A stretch of DNA of 64,000 nt from assembly GCA_977020255.1 (NCBI GenBank), contig CDROCS010002432.1, positions 1-64,000 on the forward strand, given 5' to 3'. The position numbers were made by a program, and so were the translations under genes. Positions 29,961 through 41,101 of this stretch are shown one piece after another. The notes under the pieces are model-generated. The model did no database searches, was not told where the DNA came from, and was given only the letters and a program-made list of their open reading frames with translations. How positions within the stretch are numbered: the stretch's first letter is position 1; each line of letters starts with the position of its first letter. The DNA is from Obrimoposthia wandeli. Lineage: Eukaryota.

Positions 29961-31589
29961 ATGACGGTGAGTAAACGCGCGGCAAAAGTCTCTGAAGAGT
30001 CTCTACATCGCATTTTTACCATTCCTGTTGCGCCCGATTCTACATTGGGTCGAATAGAGAGTGAGATATCGCAGAATTTAGCCGGTTTCCTAGGCGCGCA
30101 CATCGCGGCAACGGAACAAGCGTTAAGTGTGATTGAAAAAGATTTTTCCAATTCGCAGATCCCTGAAGAGCCTGCGTTTGTTTCTGATCACATGCATCAC
30201 TTACTTGATAAGTTGGTGTCTCAGTCTGTGCATACCTCAAGTCCAAATTTCATTGGTCATATGACTTCTGCCCTACCTTATTTTATTTTGCCATTGTCAA
30301 AGCTGATGGTGGGCTTAAATCAAAACTTAGTAAAAATTGAAACATCGAAAGCATTCACCCCAATGGAGCGACAAGTTCTGGGTATGATGCATCGTTTGGT
30401 GTATCAAGATGACGAACCTTTTTATCAACAATGGATGCATAGTGCCAATCACTCGTTAGGGGCGTTTTGTTCTGGCGGTACTGTCGCTAACTTAACGGCG
30501 CTTTGGGTTGCACGTAACAATATGCTTAAGCCAGATGGTGATTTTAAAGGTGTCGCACGTGAAGGCTTGTTTAAGGCGCTTAAACACTATAAATATGATG
30601 GCTTAGCTATTTTAGTCTCTGCTCGTGGTCATTATTCGCTGAAAAAGTCGGCCGACGTGCTTGGTATCGGACAAGACAGTGTTATTGCTATTCCTACCGA
30701 TGAAAACAACCGAATTAATTGTGAACTGCTTGAAGCTAAGTGTCAGCAGTTAGCCAATGAAAATATTCATGTACTTAGTATTGTTGGCGTTGCGGGCACT
30801 ACCGAAACGGGTAATATTGATCCGCTAGAGAAAATGGCTGACATTGCGCAACGCTATGGCGCACATTTTCATGTTGATGCCGCTTGGGGCGGAGCAACGC
30901 TATTATCAGATAAGTACCGACCTTTACTAAAAGGTATTGAGTTAGCCGACTCTGTCACTATTGATGCACATAAGCAGATGTATGTACCGATGGGCGCAGG
31001 TTTGGTGGTCTTTAAAAACCCTGCCTCAGTGGCGGCAATTGAACATCATGCTGAATATATTCTACGTAAAGGCTCGAAAGATTTAGGTAGTCATACCTTG
31101 GAGGGCTCGCGCCCTGGTATGGCCATGCTAGTTTATGCTGCTTTGCATGTTATCAGCCGTCCGGGCTATGAAATGCTGATTAATACCAGTATTGAAAAAG
31201 CACAGTACTTCGCTGAATTAATTACGCAGCATGAAGACTTTGAGTTGATCACGGCGCCTGAATTATGCTTGTTAACTTATCGATACAATCCAGCAAGTGT
31301 GCAACAAATGCTAGCGAATGCCGATAACGAGCAACAAGAAATAATCAATGTTTTACTCGATAAACTGACCAAGTTTGTGCAAAAGCGCCAACGTGAGAAT
31401 GGTAAATCATTTGTTTCTCGTACCCGTATTGAAGTGCAGAGGTATCAGGGTCGTAAAACGTTGGTATTTCGTGTAGTGCTAGCGAATCCGCTGACCTCAA
31501 AAACTATCTTACAAGACGTATTAGCAGAACAAGTTTTGTTAGCCCAAGAAAGTGAAACGTTTTTACCGAAATTATTGGCGATGACTTAG
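29961..31589 (+). CDS. panP: PLP-dependent aspartate 1-decarboxylase PanP
   Basis: Group II decarboxylase motifs HVDAAWGG, DAHK (PLP Lys), FIGHMTSALP; convergent on panC/panB. Confidence 0.88.
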   Translation: MTVSKRAAKVSEESLHRIFTIPVAPDSTLGRIESEISQNLAGFLGAHIAATEQALSVIEKDFSNSQIPEEPAFVSDHMHHLLDKLVSQSVHTSSPNFIGHMTSALPYFILPLSKLMVGLNQNLVKIETSKAFTPMERQVLGMMHRLVYQDDEPFYQQWMHSANHSLGAFCSGGTVANLTALWVARNNMLKPDGDFKGVAREGLFKALKHYKYDGLAILVSARGHYSLKKSADVLGIGQDSVIAIPTDENNRINCELLEAKCQQLANENIHVLSIVGVAGTTETGNIDPLEKMADIAQRYGAHFHVDAAWGGATLLSDKYRPLLKGIELADSVTIDAHKQMYVPMGAGLVVFKNPASVAAIEHHAEYILRKGSKDLGSHTLEGSRPGMAMLVYAALHVISRPGYEMLINTSIEKAQYFAELITQHEDFELITAPELCLLTYRYNPASVQQMLANADNEQQEIINVLLDKLTKFVQKRQRENGKSFVSRTRIEVQRYQGRKTLVFRVVLANPLTSKTILQDVLAEQVLLAQESETFLPKLLAMT

Positions 31590-31646
31590 CCGATTTTTTG
31601 TCAGTACTGTTTCTTAGTATTAACTACATTAAAGTGCTTTTTAGGC

Positions 31647-31689
31647 AATAAAAAAGCGACTAACATCTGTAGTCGCTTTCGTTTTTTAT
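31647..31689. terminator. Bidirectional terminator
   Basis: AAAGCGACT...AGTCGCTTT stem flanked by A and T runs. Confidence 0.7.
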
Positions 31690-31771
31690 AATGAATAATC
31701 ATGTAAATAGTTACGTAACTATTTACATGATCTATTTAAATCATCTGAATCCGATCGATTAATCGCTTAAG

Positions 31772-32620
31772 TTAAGCCAATTTCACTTGTAAGTTATCAA
31801 TCAATCTTGCTTTACCGCAATGTGCGGCCGCGAGAATAACTAATTCTTTATCGTCTTCACTTGCTGGCGCTAACGTCCGTGCGTGACAAATATGAATGTA
31901 ATCTGTTTTCATACCGACGCTATCAATAGCGTTAGCGGCTTTTTTGGCTAAGCCTATAAAGTCATTACTATGTTGAATTTCTTTTGCTAACCATTGAATA
32001 TTTTGACTTAATGCTGGCGCAATGGCTTTTTCTTCAGCGGTTAAATAATTATTACGTGAACTTAATGCTAAGCCCGAATCTTCTCTAATGGTTTCAACCG
32101 GTACTATTTCAATCGGCATAGACAAATCTTCAACCATGGTTTGAATGACTTGTACTTGCTGATAATCTTTTAAGCCAAAACAGGCAATATCAGGTTGAAC
32201 TAAGTTAAATAGTTTGCAAACTACGGTAGCAACACCACGGAAATGTCCTGGGCGGCTTTCACCGCAATAGCCATCAGATACATTGGGTACTTCAACGTAA
32301 CTTTGTTTATCTAACCCTTTTGGGTAGATAATCGCGGGCGTCGGAGTAAATAATAAGTCACAACCTGCGTTCAGCAGTTTCTCTTGATCTGCTGCCATGG
32401 TGCGCGGGTAATTATCAATGTCTTCATTAATGCCAAATTGCATTGGGTTGATAAAAATGCTGGCAACGACTTTATCGGCCACCTGAGTCGCTTTTTCGAT
32501 TAAAGCGATGTGTCCTTGATGTAGGTTGCCCATTGTTGGTACAAAAGCAATTTTAAGGCCTTGCTGGCGCCAGAGATTAATCTCGCTACGTAGAGTCGAA
32601 ATTGTTTCAATTGTTTGCAT
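31772..32620 (-). CDS. panC: Pantothenate synthetase
   Basis: [40 protein letters not shown]. Confidence 0.97.
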   Translation of the reverse strand: MQTIETISTLRSEINLWRQQGLKIAFVPTMGNLHQGHIALIEKATQVADKVVASIFINPMQFGINEDIDNYPRTMAADQEKLLNAGCDLLFTPTPAIIYPKGLDKQSYVEVPNVSDGYCGESRPGHFRGVATVVCKLFNLVQPDIACFGLKDYQQVQVIQTMVEDLSMPIEIVPVETIREDSGLALSSRNNYLTAEEKAIAPALSQNIQWLAKEIQHSNDFIGLAKKAANAIDSVGMKTDYIHICHARTLAPASEDDKELVILAAAHCGKARLIDNLQVKLA

Positions 32621-32715
32621 GGTATTCTACTTTTTACTCAATGTTGAAGGCACTTAACGCTGTTAAATGATCAATGAAATATTTAATTTTTTAATTTATT
32701 GAAAACCGACTCTGG

Positions 32716-33510
32716 CTATTTAAAAATATGCTCAGGGCCAGGGAAATTACCGTTACTGACTTCAGCGATATAAAGCTCAACCGCTTTTTTAATGTCGCCC
32801 GTATCAATTAAAAAGTTACGTGAAAACTTTGGCATATAACTGCATGAAATACCTAAGGCGTCGTGCATAACTAAAATTTGTCCGTCGGTATCTTTACCTG
32901 CACCAATACCGATAGTTGGAATTGATACGGCATCGGTAATGGCTTTGCCTAAACCGCTTGGAATACATTCTAGCACTAACAATTGTGCGCCTGCTGCTTC
33001 TAGGGCTTTAGCGTTTTCAATCATTTCTTGTGCTTTATCGCTGTCTCTACCTTGTACTTTAAAGCCGCCAAATACATTGACTGACTGTGGCGTTAAGCCC
33101 AAGTGTGCACAAACAGGAATGCCACGTTCAACAAGGCCTTTGATTGTACTTTCTAGCCAATCACCACCTTCTATTTTTACAATACTGGCGCCTGCTTGCA
33201 TCAATTTAGCGGCATTGACATAAGCTTGCTCAGTGGTGGCGTAGCTCATAAAAGGCATGTCAGCGATAATTAAGGTGTTTTCCACGCCACGTTTTACACA
33301 TTGGGTATGATAAGCCATCTCTTCAATGTTTACCGGCAAGGTGTCGTCATGGCCTTGTAATACCATACCCAGTGAATCACCAATTAATATGGCGTGAATG
33401 CCTGCTTGATCGAATATTTTAGCAAAGCTGGCATCATAAGCGGTAATCGTGGTAATTTTTTCACCTTGTTGTTTCATTTTCTTCAAGGTGGCTGTGGTAA
33501 TTTTGGCCAT
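32716..33510 (-). CDS. panB: 3-methyl-2-oxobutanoate hydroxymethyltransferase
   Basis: [38 protein letters not shown]. Confidence 0.97.
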   Translation of the reverse strand: MAKITTATLKKMKQQGEKITTITAYDASFAKIFDQAGIHAILIGDSLGMVLQGHDDTLPVNIEEMAYHTQCVKRGVENTLIIADMPFMSYATTEQAYVNAAKLMQAGASIVKIEGGDWLESTIKGLVERGIPVCAHLGLTPQSVNVFGGFKVQGRDSDKAQEMIENAKALEAAGAQLLVLECIPSGLGKAITDAVSIPTIGIGAGKDTDGQILVMHDALGISCSYMPKFSRNFLIDTGDIKKAVELYIAEVSNGNFPGPEHIFK

Positions 33511-33571
33511 AATATTTTCCGTTATTTTTTATGATGCAGCACGAATGCTTGCTATTTTTAGAGTTATTATT

Positions 33572-34063
33572 CTAACCTAACTTACTATGAATTTTTAGTC
33601 CATTGTTTTCAATCTGGTCTGCCAGTGCTGCAATGGTATCGCCATCAGGTAATACAAGTTCAGCTGCTATTTCAGCTAACGGCAGTAAAACAAACTCACG
33701 TAGTTTTAAACCATAATGAGGAACGGTTAAACGTTCGGTGTTAATAATTTGTTGGTCAAATAATAAAATGTCTAAATCAAGTATACGAGCACCCCAGCGA
33801 TTATCTTTGCGAACACGTCCGGCGCTATTCTCGATACCCTGAAGTTGATCAAGTAAAGTTTCAGGGCTCAAGCTGGTTTCAATAGCGACGACCGCATTCA
33901 TATAATCAGGTTGATCTTGCGGTCCCATAGGACGGCTAAAATATAGCGAAGACACCGCACTAACCGTGCAATGTTCAAGCTGTATTAACTTATCTAATGC
34001 AGAAGCGATTTGCGCTTGTGGATCAGATAAGTTACTGCCTAAGCCTACATACACTAAAGACAT
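33572..34063 (-). CDS. folK: 2-amino-4-hydroxy-6-hydroxymethyldihydropteridine diphosphokinase
   Basis: GLGSNL, QPDYMNAV, RWGARILDLDILL, VPHY. Confidence 0.96.
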   Translation of the reverse strand: MSLVYVGLGSNLSDPQAQIASALDKLIQLEHCTVSAVSSLYFSRPMGPQDQPDYMNAVVAIETSLSPETLLDQLQGIENSAGRVRKDNRWGARILDLDILLFDQQIINTERLTVPHYGLKLREFVLLPLAEIAAELVLPDGDTIAALADQIENNGLKIHSKLG

Positions 34064-35496
34064 TACGCTTCGCTGCTCGACGTTTTTACGCGGGGCTTTC
34101 TACGCTTACGTGTCGTGCGTCTAGGGCTGCTTTTCGCTTGAACAATGCTTTTAACCATCACTTGCTGAGTGTCGGTGTTACTTTCTTGGAAGTCACCCCA
34201 CCATTTAGCAAGTTCTTGTAGTTCAGAAGGTTGTTCGCTATTGGTATTCGACGCACTTTCAATCTCAGCGCGCAATAACAAGAAGTCGTAGCCTGCTCTA
34301 AACTTAGGATGTTCCAGCGCTTTAAAGGCACGTTTACCATCGCGACGAACCAGTTTTTCTTGTAAAATCCAAATGTCTTTCATTACCGCTTGAAAACGTT
34401 TTGGAATCGCGATACTGCGTTGCTGCTCAGACATTATTTCGCTTAAGGCACCAAAAAATGCATCTTGCGGCGTTAATTGTGTTTCACTATTTAAGCGCTG
34501 TATCTGCTCTTGCATTGGATACCAAAGCATAGCAGCAAACAAAAATGCCGGAGTAACACGTTGATCATTATTAACGCGGTGATCGGTGTTTTTCATCGCC
34601 AAAAGAATAAAGTCAGCTAGATAGACTTGAGTTTTCTGGTCCAACTGTTGATCAACGGCAGGGAAGAAATACTGAAATAAGCTGTAATCGCGTAGCATAT
34701 GATAATTTGCAACGGCCTTACCAGACATAAATAACTTCAAAAACTCTTCGAATAAACGCGCTGGTGGAATGTTAGCCATCAAAGGCGCAAGCGATTTAAT
34801 CGGCGCTTCAGTATCAGCATGAATTGTCATGTCCAATTTTGTTGCAAAGCGAATAGCGCGTAGCATTCTAACGGGGTCTTCGCGGTAGCGCGTTTCAGGA
34901 TCACCAATTAAGCGAATTTGTTTGGCGTAAACATCGGCGACGCCATTGGCAAAGTCATACACTTTAAAGTCTTTTGCTGAATAGTACAGCGCGTTAATGG
35001 TGAAATCACGACGTTCAGCGTCTTCTTCAATACTGCCATAAATATTGTCGCGTAATAGCATGCCATCTTCGTTTTGCTTTGATGTCTTCTGACAGTTTTT
35101 ATCTTCGTCGTTATCATGATGGCCCCTAAACGTGGCTACTTCGATGATTTCACGACCGAAAACAATATGAGCAAGACGAAATCGACGACCAATAAGTCGA
35201 CAATTACGGAATAAAGCTTTGATTTGCTCAGGTGTTGCGTTAGTAGCAATATCGAAATCTTTCGGCTCTAAACCTAATAATATATCGCGCACACCACCGC
35301 CAACCAGATAAGCGTCATATCCGCCTTTATTTAAGCGATACAATACCTTCAATGCATTGTGACTGATGTGTTTTCTAGATACCGGGTGCTGATCACGAGA
35401 AAGTATAATAGGCTGTTCAAATGATGGCAGAGTAGGTTTGGTTTTTCGTGCTTTTCCGAGTACTTTTTTACACAAATTGATCACGCTTTTGATAAT
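34063..35496 (-). CDS. pcnB: Poly(A) polymerase I, probable ATT start
   Basis: VGGGVRD, PKDFDIAT, RRDFTINA, EDPVRMLRA, HPKFRAGYDFL; GGGGT-ccacc-ATT at 35496. Confidence 0.95.
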   Translation of the reverse strand: MIKSVINLCKKVLGKARKTKPTLPSFEQPIILSRDQHPVSRKHISHNALKVLYRLNKGGYDAYLVGGGVRDILLGLEPKDFDIATNATPEQIKALFRNCRLIGRRFRLAHIVFGREIIEVATFRGHHDNDEDKNCQKTSKQNEDGMLLRDNIYGSIEEDAERRDFTINALYYSAKDFKVYDFANGVADVYAKQIRLIGDPETRYREDPVRMLRAIRFATKLDMTIHADTEAPIKSLAPLMANIPPARLFEEFLKLFMSGKAVANYHMLRDYSLFQYFFPAVDQQLDQKTQVYLADFILLAMKNTDHRVNNDQRVTPAFLFAAMLWYPMQEQIQRLNSETQLTPQDAFFGALSEIMSEQQRSIAIPKRFQAVMKDIWILQEKLVRRDGKRAFKALEHPKFRAGYDFLLLRAEIESASNTNSEQPSELQELAKWWGDFQESNTDTQQVMVKSIVQAKSSPRRTTRKRRKPRVKTSSSEA

Positions 35497-35638
35497 GGTG
35501 GACCCCAGTTTTATCAATAAATTTCTCGCGCAATGATATAACAGTGAAAGGGAAAAGAGAATGGATGCCGTGTGAAAAATCGGCGTTTATCGTACTTATC
35601 ATTGTGCTTAGCGTTATTGAGTTAATAATTTAAGCCAT

Positions 35639-36544
35639 TTATAAAACAATCTCTTGTGATTTTGGTACTTGAGCGATGGACCAATGCGCTATTGCCCATG
35701 TTAAAAGTTCGTTAACACTGGCTGCTTGTAATGCCTTTGGCGGCTGTTGACCAAGAAATACTAAGGCAGCAAACAATGAGGGTACAGGGTTGTTTTTATC
35801 AATTTCAGGTGCGCTATTTTGCTTACTGAGTTTAAAGCCTGGTTGGCTAACAGCAAGCGGGAAATGACCAAATTGTGGTGGTTTATATTGCAATATTTCA
35901 TAAAAGCTTAACTGTCTTGCTGTTGGTTCAAGTAAGTCACAACCTCGAATAACATGCGTTATTCCTTGGTAAATATCATCAACGACGACGGCTAATTGAT
36001 AGGCAAATAAGCCATCTTTTCTCAACACGATGAAGTCTTCTTTTGCTAGTTCAGCGTTGCAATTAACTTGGTTTTGAATCAGGTCGTGGTATTGAGCAAT
36101 GCCAATACTATTAATTACGCGGATAGCACTTGCATTTTTTGACTGATTTAGGTGACGACAATGGCCTTGATAAATACCACCAAGAGCTTTTATTTGTGCC
36201 CGTGTACAGTTGCAGTAATAGCTGAGGTTTTCTTGCGCTAAATGGTCGAGTACTGTTTGATAAGTTGTTGTTTGTTGGCTCTGATAAAGTACTTCCTCGT
36301 CCCAGTGCAAACCGTAGTTTTCCAGCGTACTTAGAATTTCGGTACTGGCACCAGCGCGTTCTCGAGGGGGATCAATATCTTCAATTCTTACTAGCCATTG
36401 GCCGTTGTTATGCTTGGCGTCTAAATAACTTGCTAGCGCAGCAATAAGTGAACCGAAATGTAATAAACCGGAAGGAGAGGGAGCAAAGCGACCACGATAA
36501 GTATTGGCGTTATCTGGTCGCAAAGATTTGGTAAGGCTCAACAA
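35639..36544 (-). CDS. gluQ: Glutamyl-Q tRNA(Asp) synthetase
   Basis: RFAPSPSGLLHFGS, RIEDIDPPRE, YQLAVVVDD, KLSKQN; no anticodon-binding domain; downstream of dksA. Confidence 0.95.
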   Translation of the reverse strand: MLSLTKSLRPDNANTYRGRFAPSPSGLLHFGSLIAALASYLDAKHNNGQWLVRIEDIDPPRERAGASTEILSTLENYGLHWDEEVLYQSQQTTTYQTVLDHLAQENLSYYCNCTRAQIKALGGIYQGHCRHLNQSKNASAIRVINSIGIAQYHDLIQNQVNCNAELAKEDFIVLRKDGLFAYQLAVVVDDIYQGITHVIRGCDLLEPTARQLSFYEILQYKPPQFGHFPLAVSQPGFKLSKQNSAPEIDKNNPVPSLFAALVFLGQQPPKALQAASVNELLTWAIAHWSIAQVPKSQEIVL

Positions 36545-36554
36545 TGTACGGTAA

Positions 36555-36995
36555 TTAACCCGCTAGTTGACGTTCTTTGATTTCTTGTAATGTTTTACAT
36601 TCAATACAAAGATCAGCCGTAGGGCGAGCTTCTAAACGACGGATGCCGATTTCGATACCACAAGAGTTACAAAAACCAAAATCATCATCTTCGATAAGTT
36701 GTAAGGTTTTTTCAATTTTCTTGATCAATTTACGTTCACGGTCACGTGTTCGTAATTCAAGGCTGAACTCTTCTTCTTGAGCTGCTCGGTCAACAGGATC
36801 AGGAAAGTTTGCTGCTTCGTCCTGCATGTGCGATACGGTACGATCAACCTCTTGGCGAAGTTGTACGCGCCATGCATCTAGAATTTTTTTGAAATGTTCT
36901 AGTTGCGCGTCGTTCATGTATTCTTCGTTAGGTTTTTCAACGTAAGGGTTAACGCCTGCTAATGCTAAAATACCTAGTGTTTTCTGTGTTGGCAT
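36555..36995 (-). CDS. dksA: RNA polymerase-binding factor DksA
   Basis: FPDPVDRA coiled-coil tip, CNSC...CIEC zinc finger. Confidence 0.97.
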   Translation of the reverse strand: MPTQKTLGILALAGVNPYVEKPNEEYMNDAQLEHFKKILDAWRVQLRQEVDRTVSHMQDEAANFPDPVDRAAQEEEFSLELRTRDRERKLIKKIEKTLQLIEDDDFGFCNSCGIEIGIRRLEARPTADLCIECKTLQEIKERQLAG

Positions 36996-37281
36996 GTTAA
37001 TTCTCCTAATGCTACTAGACCTAAATCGATGAAATATTTGCTACATCATGTAACTTCATCGCTTGGTTGCAATCGCCAATTTATTAGACCTGAAATATGC
37101 CACATATATTGTGGTCGTTAATCTGGAATTCAAGGCTTAATTGAAAAAAATAATGATAAAATTTAATAAAAATTTTATTGCTTAAACTCTATCCAAGGTC
37201 ACTATAAAATATGAGCAAGCTCTTTTAGCAAGTTTTTAGGTCTAACGTCAATCATTATCGTCTTAATTTCGTTATAACAGG

Positions 37282-38004
37282 TTAAAGTGTAACCGGTACT
37301 TTATTGTTTAACGTGACTGTGAAGTTATGTTTTGATTTTTCGAATTGTGCTTTATAAGCTATAATTTCAACACCTTGCTGACTTGCTTCACGAAGCAATT
37401 CTGCATATTTAGGGTCAATATGCTCAGCAGGTTGCACATTATTGATACCAGAATGCAAAACAGCGAATAAAAGTACCGCTCTGTGGCCTTTTGCTGCCAT
37501 TGCCATGAGTTCTCGTAAATGTTTTTGTCCGCGCAATGTCACTGCATCGGGAAAATAACCTTGCTGACCTTCTAGTAGTGTAACACTTTTTACTTCAATG
37601 AAGGTTTCACGGCCATGCTGATCTAAGAGGTGAAAATCTATTTTGCTATTTTCATCGCCGTATTTAACTTCTCGTCTCAGTGCGGTGTGCTGAGAAAATT
37701 CGCTAATATTGCCTTGGTTTATTGCTTCTTCTGCGAGTTGGTTGGCGCGAATGGTATTCACGCAAATCCAATGTTGGGCTTGCGTTAATGTTAATTCCCA
37801 ACTGTTCGGGTACTTACGCTTGAGATTGTCAGACGTACTATACCAAACCGTGTCACCGGGTGTTGCACAGCCGGTCATTGCTCCGGTATTTGCACAGTGC
37901 ATGGTAATTTCAGTGACGGTATTATTTTCATCTTTCATGCTCACATCGGCAAGGAAGCGTTTATAGCGCTTAATGAGTGTGCTTGGCTCTAGTAAAAAAT
38001 CCAT
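37282..38004 (-). CDS. sfsA: DNA/RNA nuclease SfsA
   Basis: [38 protein letters not shown]. Confidence 0.95.
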   Translation of the reverse strand: MDFLLEPSTLIKRYKRFLADVSMKDENNTVTEITMHCANTGAMTGCATPGDTVWYSTSDNLKRKYPNSWELTLTQAQHWICVNTIRANQLAEEAINQGNISEFSQHTALRREVKYGDENSKIDFHLLDQHGRETFIEVKSVTLLEGQQGYFPDAVTLRGQKHLRELMAMAAKGHRAVLLFAVLHSGINNVQPAEHIDPKYAELLREASQQGVEIIAYKAQFEKSKHNFTVTLNNKVPVTL

Positions 38005-38095
38005 ATAAATAGTGGTTGATAAATTAAGTGTATAGGTTAATTATTTGCCGCCATAGTGTAAACTGTTAGCTTAAATTAATTGCAAAGGCGATAAC

Positions 38096-39403
38096 ATGAC
38101 AACAGCTAATTCTGCTTCAGTATCAATAACATTGACCACAAGTAACCATGCACAAGGTTGGCAGCAAGGGAAAACTCTTCAAATTACGGCTGACAGCATT
38201 GCTATTTACTTACCGCAAGCGTCGGCTTACCGACTACGAAAAATTCAAATGGCAGCGCGTAAGATTGAAAAGTTAGATATAGAGCATGCGTTGCTCAAAG
38301 GTGATGATTGGGACGAAGCCAGTCAGTGGGCATTTGCCCTTGGCTTTAGTTGTGTTAATAAACTTGAAGCTATCAGCTTTTGTGGCGAGCCCGCTATGAT
38401 CGAGCGTTTGCAAAATAAGCTTGCTGTTTATGCTTGGAGCCGTGATTTAACTAATCAAACTCCTGCTGAGTTATATCCATTAAAGTTAGCCCAATTAACG
38501 TCAGATTATATTACTAATCTTGCTCCTAAACATGTGACTACTCGCCTTATTCAAGATGAAGAATTACAAGAGCAGCAATGGATGGGCATATACAACGTAG
38601 GTAAAGGCAGCGTTAACAAACCTTGCTTACTTGAAGTTGATTTTAACCCAACTAACGACGACAGCACCCAAGTTGCGGCTTGTTTAGTCGGTAAAGGCAT
38701 TACTTTCGACAGTGGTGGTTATAGTATTAAAAGTAGTGCCGGCATGTTCGATATGAAATGTGACATGGGCGGCGCTGCGGTAGTTGCGGGTGCATTAGCA
38801 TTAGCGATTAAACAAGGTTTAGACCAACGTGTTAAGTTGTATTTATGTTGTGCAGAAAACATGATCAGCAATGACGCTTATAAACTTGGTGACATTATTA
38901 CTTATAAAAATGGTGTGACTTGTGAAGTGGCAAACACGGATGCAGAAGGTCGTTTAGTGCTTGCTGATGGTTTGATGGCCGCAAGTGAAACTGGTGCGCC
39001 GATGATTATCGATGCAGCAACTTTAACGGGCGCTGCTGTCATGGCAACAGGTGGCGATTATTCTGCGTTATTTGCGTTAGACAACGAAGCTGCAGCGAAA
39101 GCTCAAGCATCAGCAACAACGACTGGTGAAGCCATTTGGCAATTTCCATTAGAAGCTTGGCATCAAGATAAATGTCCTTCAGTATTTGCTGATACAGCTA
39201 ATAGCCGCACACAAAAAGGTGGTGGAGCTGGTGGCGCAAGTAATGCTGCTGGCTTCTTATCTCGCTTTGTTGCTAACGAAGGGGCAGGTTGGTTACATTT
39301 TGATTTAGCCGCAGCCTATAATGCTAACGATTCAAGTTTATGGGCCGCGGGCGCAACAGGTCTTGGTATTGCTACGATTGCAGATTTAATTGCCAAGCGC
39401 TAA
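38096..39403 (+). CDS. pepB: M17 aminopeptidase PepB
   Basis: VGKGITFDSGG, MKCDMGG, NTDAEGRL, DAATLTGA. Confidence 0.92.
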   Translation: MTTANSASVSITLTTSNHAQGWQQGKTLQITADSIAIYLPQASAYRLRKIQMAARKIEKLDIEHALLKGDDWDEASQWAFALGFSCVNKLEAISFCGEPAMIERLQNKLAVYAWSRDLTNQTPAELYPLKLAQLTSDYITNLAPKHVTTRLIQDEELQEQQWMGIYNVGKGSVNKPCLLEVDFNPTNDDSTQVAACLVGKGITFDSGGYSIKSSAGMFDMKCDMGGAAVVAGALALAIKQGLDQRVKLYLCCAENMISNDAYKLGDIITYKNGVTCEVANTDAEGRLVLADGLMAASETGAPMIIDAATLTGAAVMATGGDYSALFALDNEAAAKAQASATTTGEAIWQFPLEAWHQDKCPSVFADTANSRTQKGGGAGGASNAAGFLSRFVANEGAGWLHFDLAAAYNANDSSLWAAGATGLGIATIADLIAKR

Positions 39404-39490
39404 GCTATTGTTGATTACCCTGATCGCTTTCGCGACTTTCGCTATGATAAGTTGAGTTAGCTATTTTCAGGGATACAGAACAAGAAAAAT

Positions 39491-39517
39491 AAAGAGCTGA
39501 GTTATCTCAGCTTTTTT
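39491..39517 (+). terminator. Terminator after pepB
   Basis: AGCTGAG-TTAT-CTCAGCT followed by a T run. Confidence 0.75.
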
Positions 39518-39750
39518 ATGTTTAACATTCAGGACAACAAAACGTGTTCACTACTTCATGTTTATGGGTTTTACATCAAACGGACTCAGTTATTGATCAT
39601 CTTCAAGTGGTTTGGGTATATCTAGCTATTTAACTTCTGTATCGCGTTAAATCCTAATAGGGTGTTATGGCCTAATAGCACGCTCTTTTTTGAAAAATAA
39701 TTTAAATTTATAATGGCTTAATTTATTCGATTGATACTATCGTATTCATA

Positions 39751-40209
39751 TTATTTTTTTAAACTGTTGCTCGTTGTTTGGCGGTGTTGTTTTTTTTGCT
39801 TTAAGTAATTCTCTAACCAAATTCTTGCATTATCGACGTCACTAAAAACATAAAAAGTAATATCACAAGCTTGATAAATTCTTCTAAGCTGAAGCTGCTG
39901 AATATCAGCGGTACTACTATTAATTAGTACCGTAGCACTGGCGATTAGGCCTTGCTCGACACGATATTTATTTACTTTTATTAATGACTCTTCAACGTCA
40001 GGTGTAAAAACACTATTACCATAAAAAGAAATGAGTAAGCCCCAAGGCTGGCCTGAAAACTCTTCGCAGGCCCGATAAATATCATCAATGTATTTTTCTG
40101 TTACTTCTTCAGTAAATGGGACAAAGGCCTCGACTTGTAAGATATTCGACTTTCTCTCTATCGAGTATCCTTCTTTTATGGTGGTTTCCATTGTGCAGCT
40201 CCATTTCAA
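39751..40209 (-). CDS. Hypothetical protein (possibly STAS/SpoIIAA-like fold)
   Basis: 152-aa ORF ending FSDVDNARIWL, a pattern seen in small STAS/SEC14-like proteins. Confidence 0.6.
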   Translation of the reverse strand: MKWSCTMETTIKEGYSIERKSNILQVEAFVPFTEEVTEKYIDDIYRACEEFSGQPWGLLISFYGNSVFTPDVEESLIKVNKYRVEQGLIASATVLINSSTADIQQLQLRRIYQACDITFYVFSDVDNARIWLENYLKQKKQHRQTTSNSLKK

Positions 40210-40355
40210 AACGGATAATAAGTTTTAGCAGTATTTCTTGTTGTTGCCAAGTAAGCATGTTTTTTAAAGTTCGCCAGTTTTAATTTTTATTATAGCAATA
40301 ACTTGGTATTACTTACTCTTAAGTACTTTTCTTATTGCTCTTTCTCTAGAGTTTA

Positions 40356-40929
40356 TCAGCAGATATTCCATGTTTTTATCGGTTTGTAGTTTACGCCTAA
40401 AGGTGTTGAATAAGAGTGGTATAGGCTAAAGCTAGTAATGCTTACTGTTTGAGTCATAACTTTTTTATGTGCTGCTAAATTGGTACAGGCTCACAAGGCA
40501 AGCTTTGGGCTTAGGTGCATTTGAAATGGGATAAACTCTATCTTGTAAGGAAATATTGCAGCGATAACATAACTGGCTAATAGTGTGATACAAGTCGAGT
40601 AGCCAGTCAGGACAATCGGTTGGCGTTAAGTGCAGTACTTTAGCTGTTTCGAAGTAAGCTATTTTTGACAACTCTATCCGTAGAGCATTATCTTCTTGTG
40701 TTAAAAGTTTGATCCGATGCTGAATAGCCAGGTGTTGCTGATTAATAAACTGCTCGATATTGGTTTGCTGTTGTGGGTCGATAAAGGCTAAAAAAGCCAA
40801 AGTCATATGAAAGTTTTCTGCGGCAACGGCTTTAAATTTTAGATTTAAGTGTTGTTCGCGCCATTGCGCAATATTTTCTTTATCGGCACTTGATATATTT
40901 AAGGCGATAAACATTCTTTTTTTAAGCAT
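40356..40929 (-). pseudogene. thpR: RNA 2',3'-cyclic phosphodiesterase ThpR, apparently disrupted
   Basis: RMFIAL and first motif FHMTL are present; the second HxT/S motif reads VY-P-IS; the conserved tail ITSFSLYHSYSTPLGVNYKPIKTW lies in another frame after the stop at 40465; syntenic, divergent from hrpB. Confidence 0.75.
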
Positions 40930-41101
40930 GGTTTCAGCCTTTAGTCTTGAGCCTTTAATTATTGAGTAATGGAAAATGAGCGCGCAGCATGTTTTCTGCA
41001 TTTCATTGGCGTTGCTCATCATTTATATGAAGTTGTTATGATAACATTAAGCCCATAACCCTCTTAAATTTAAATTAATGTTAACCGATGCTTGTAAAAC
41101 T

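Noticed and set aside
37016-37245. Three TAGACCT motifs and hairpins in the dksA leader as a riboswitch-like switch
   Set aside because: Transcription start unknown, one motif may lie in the promoter spacer, and no recognisable riboswitch consensus
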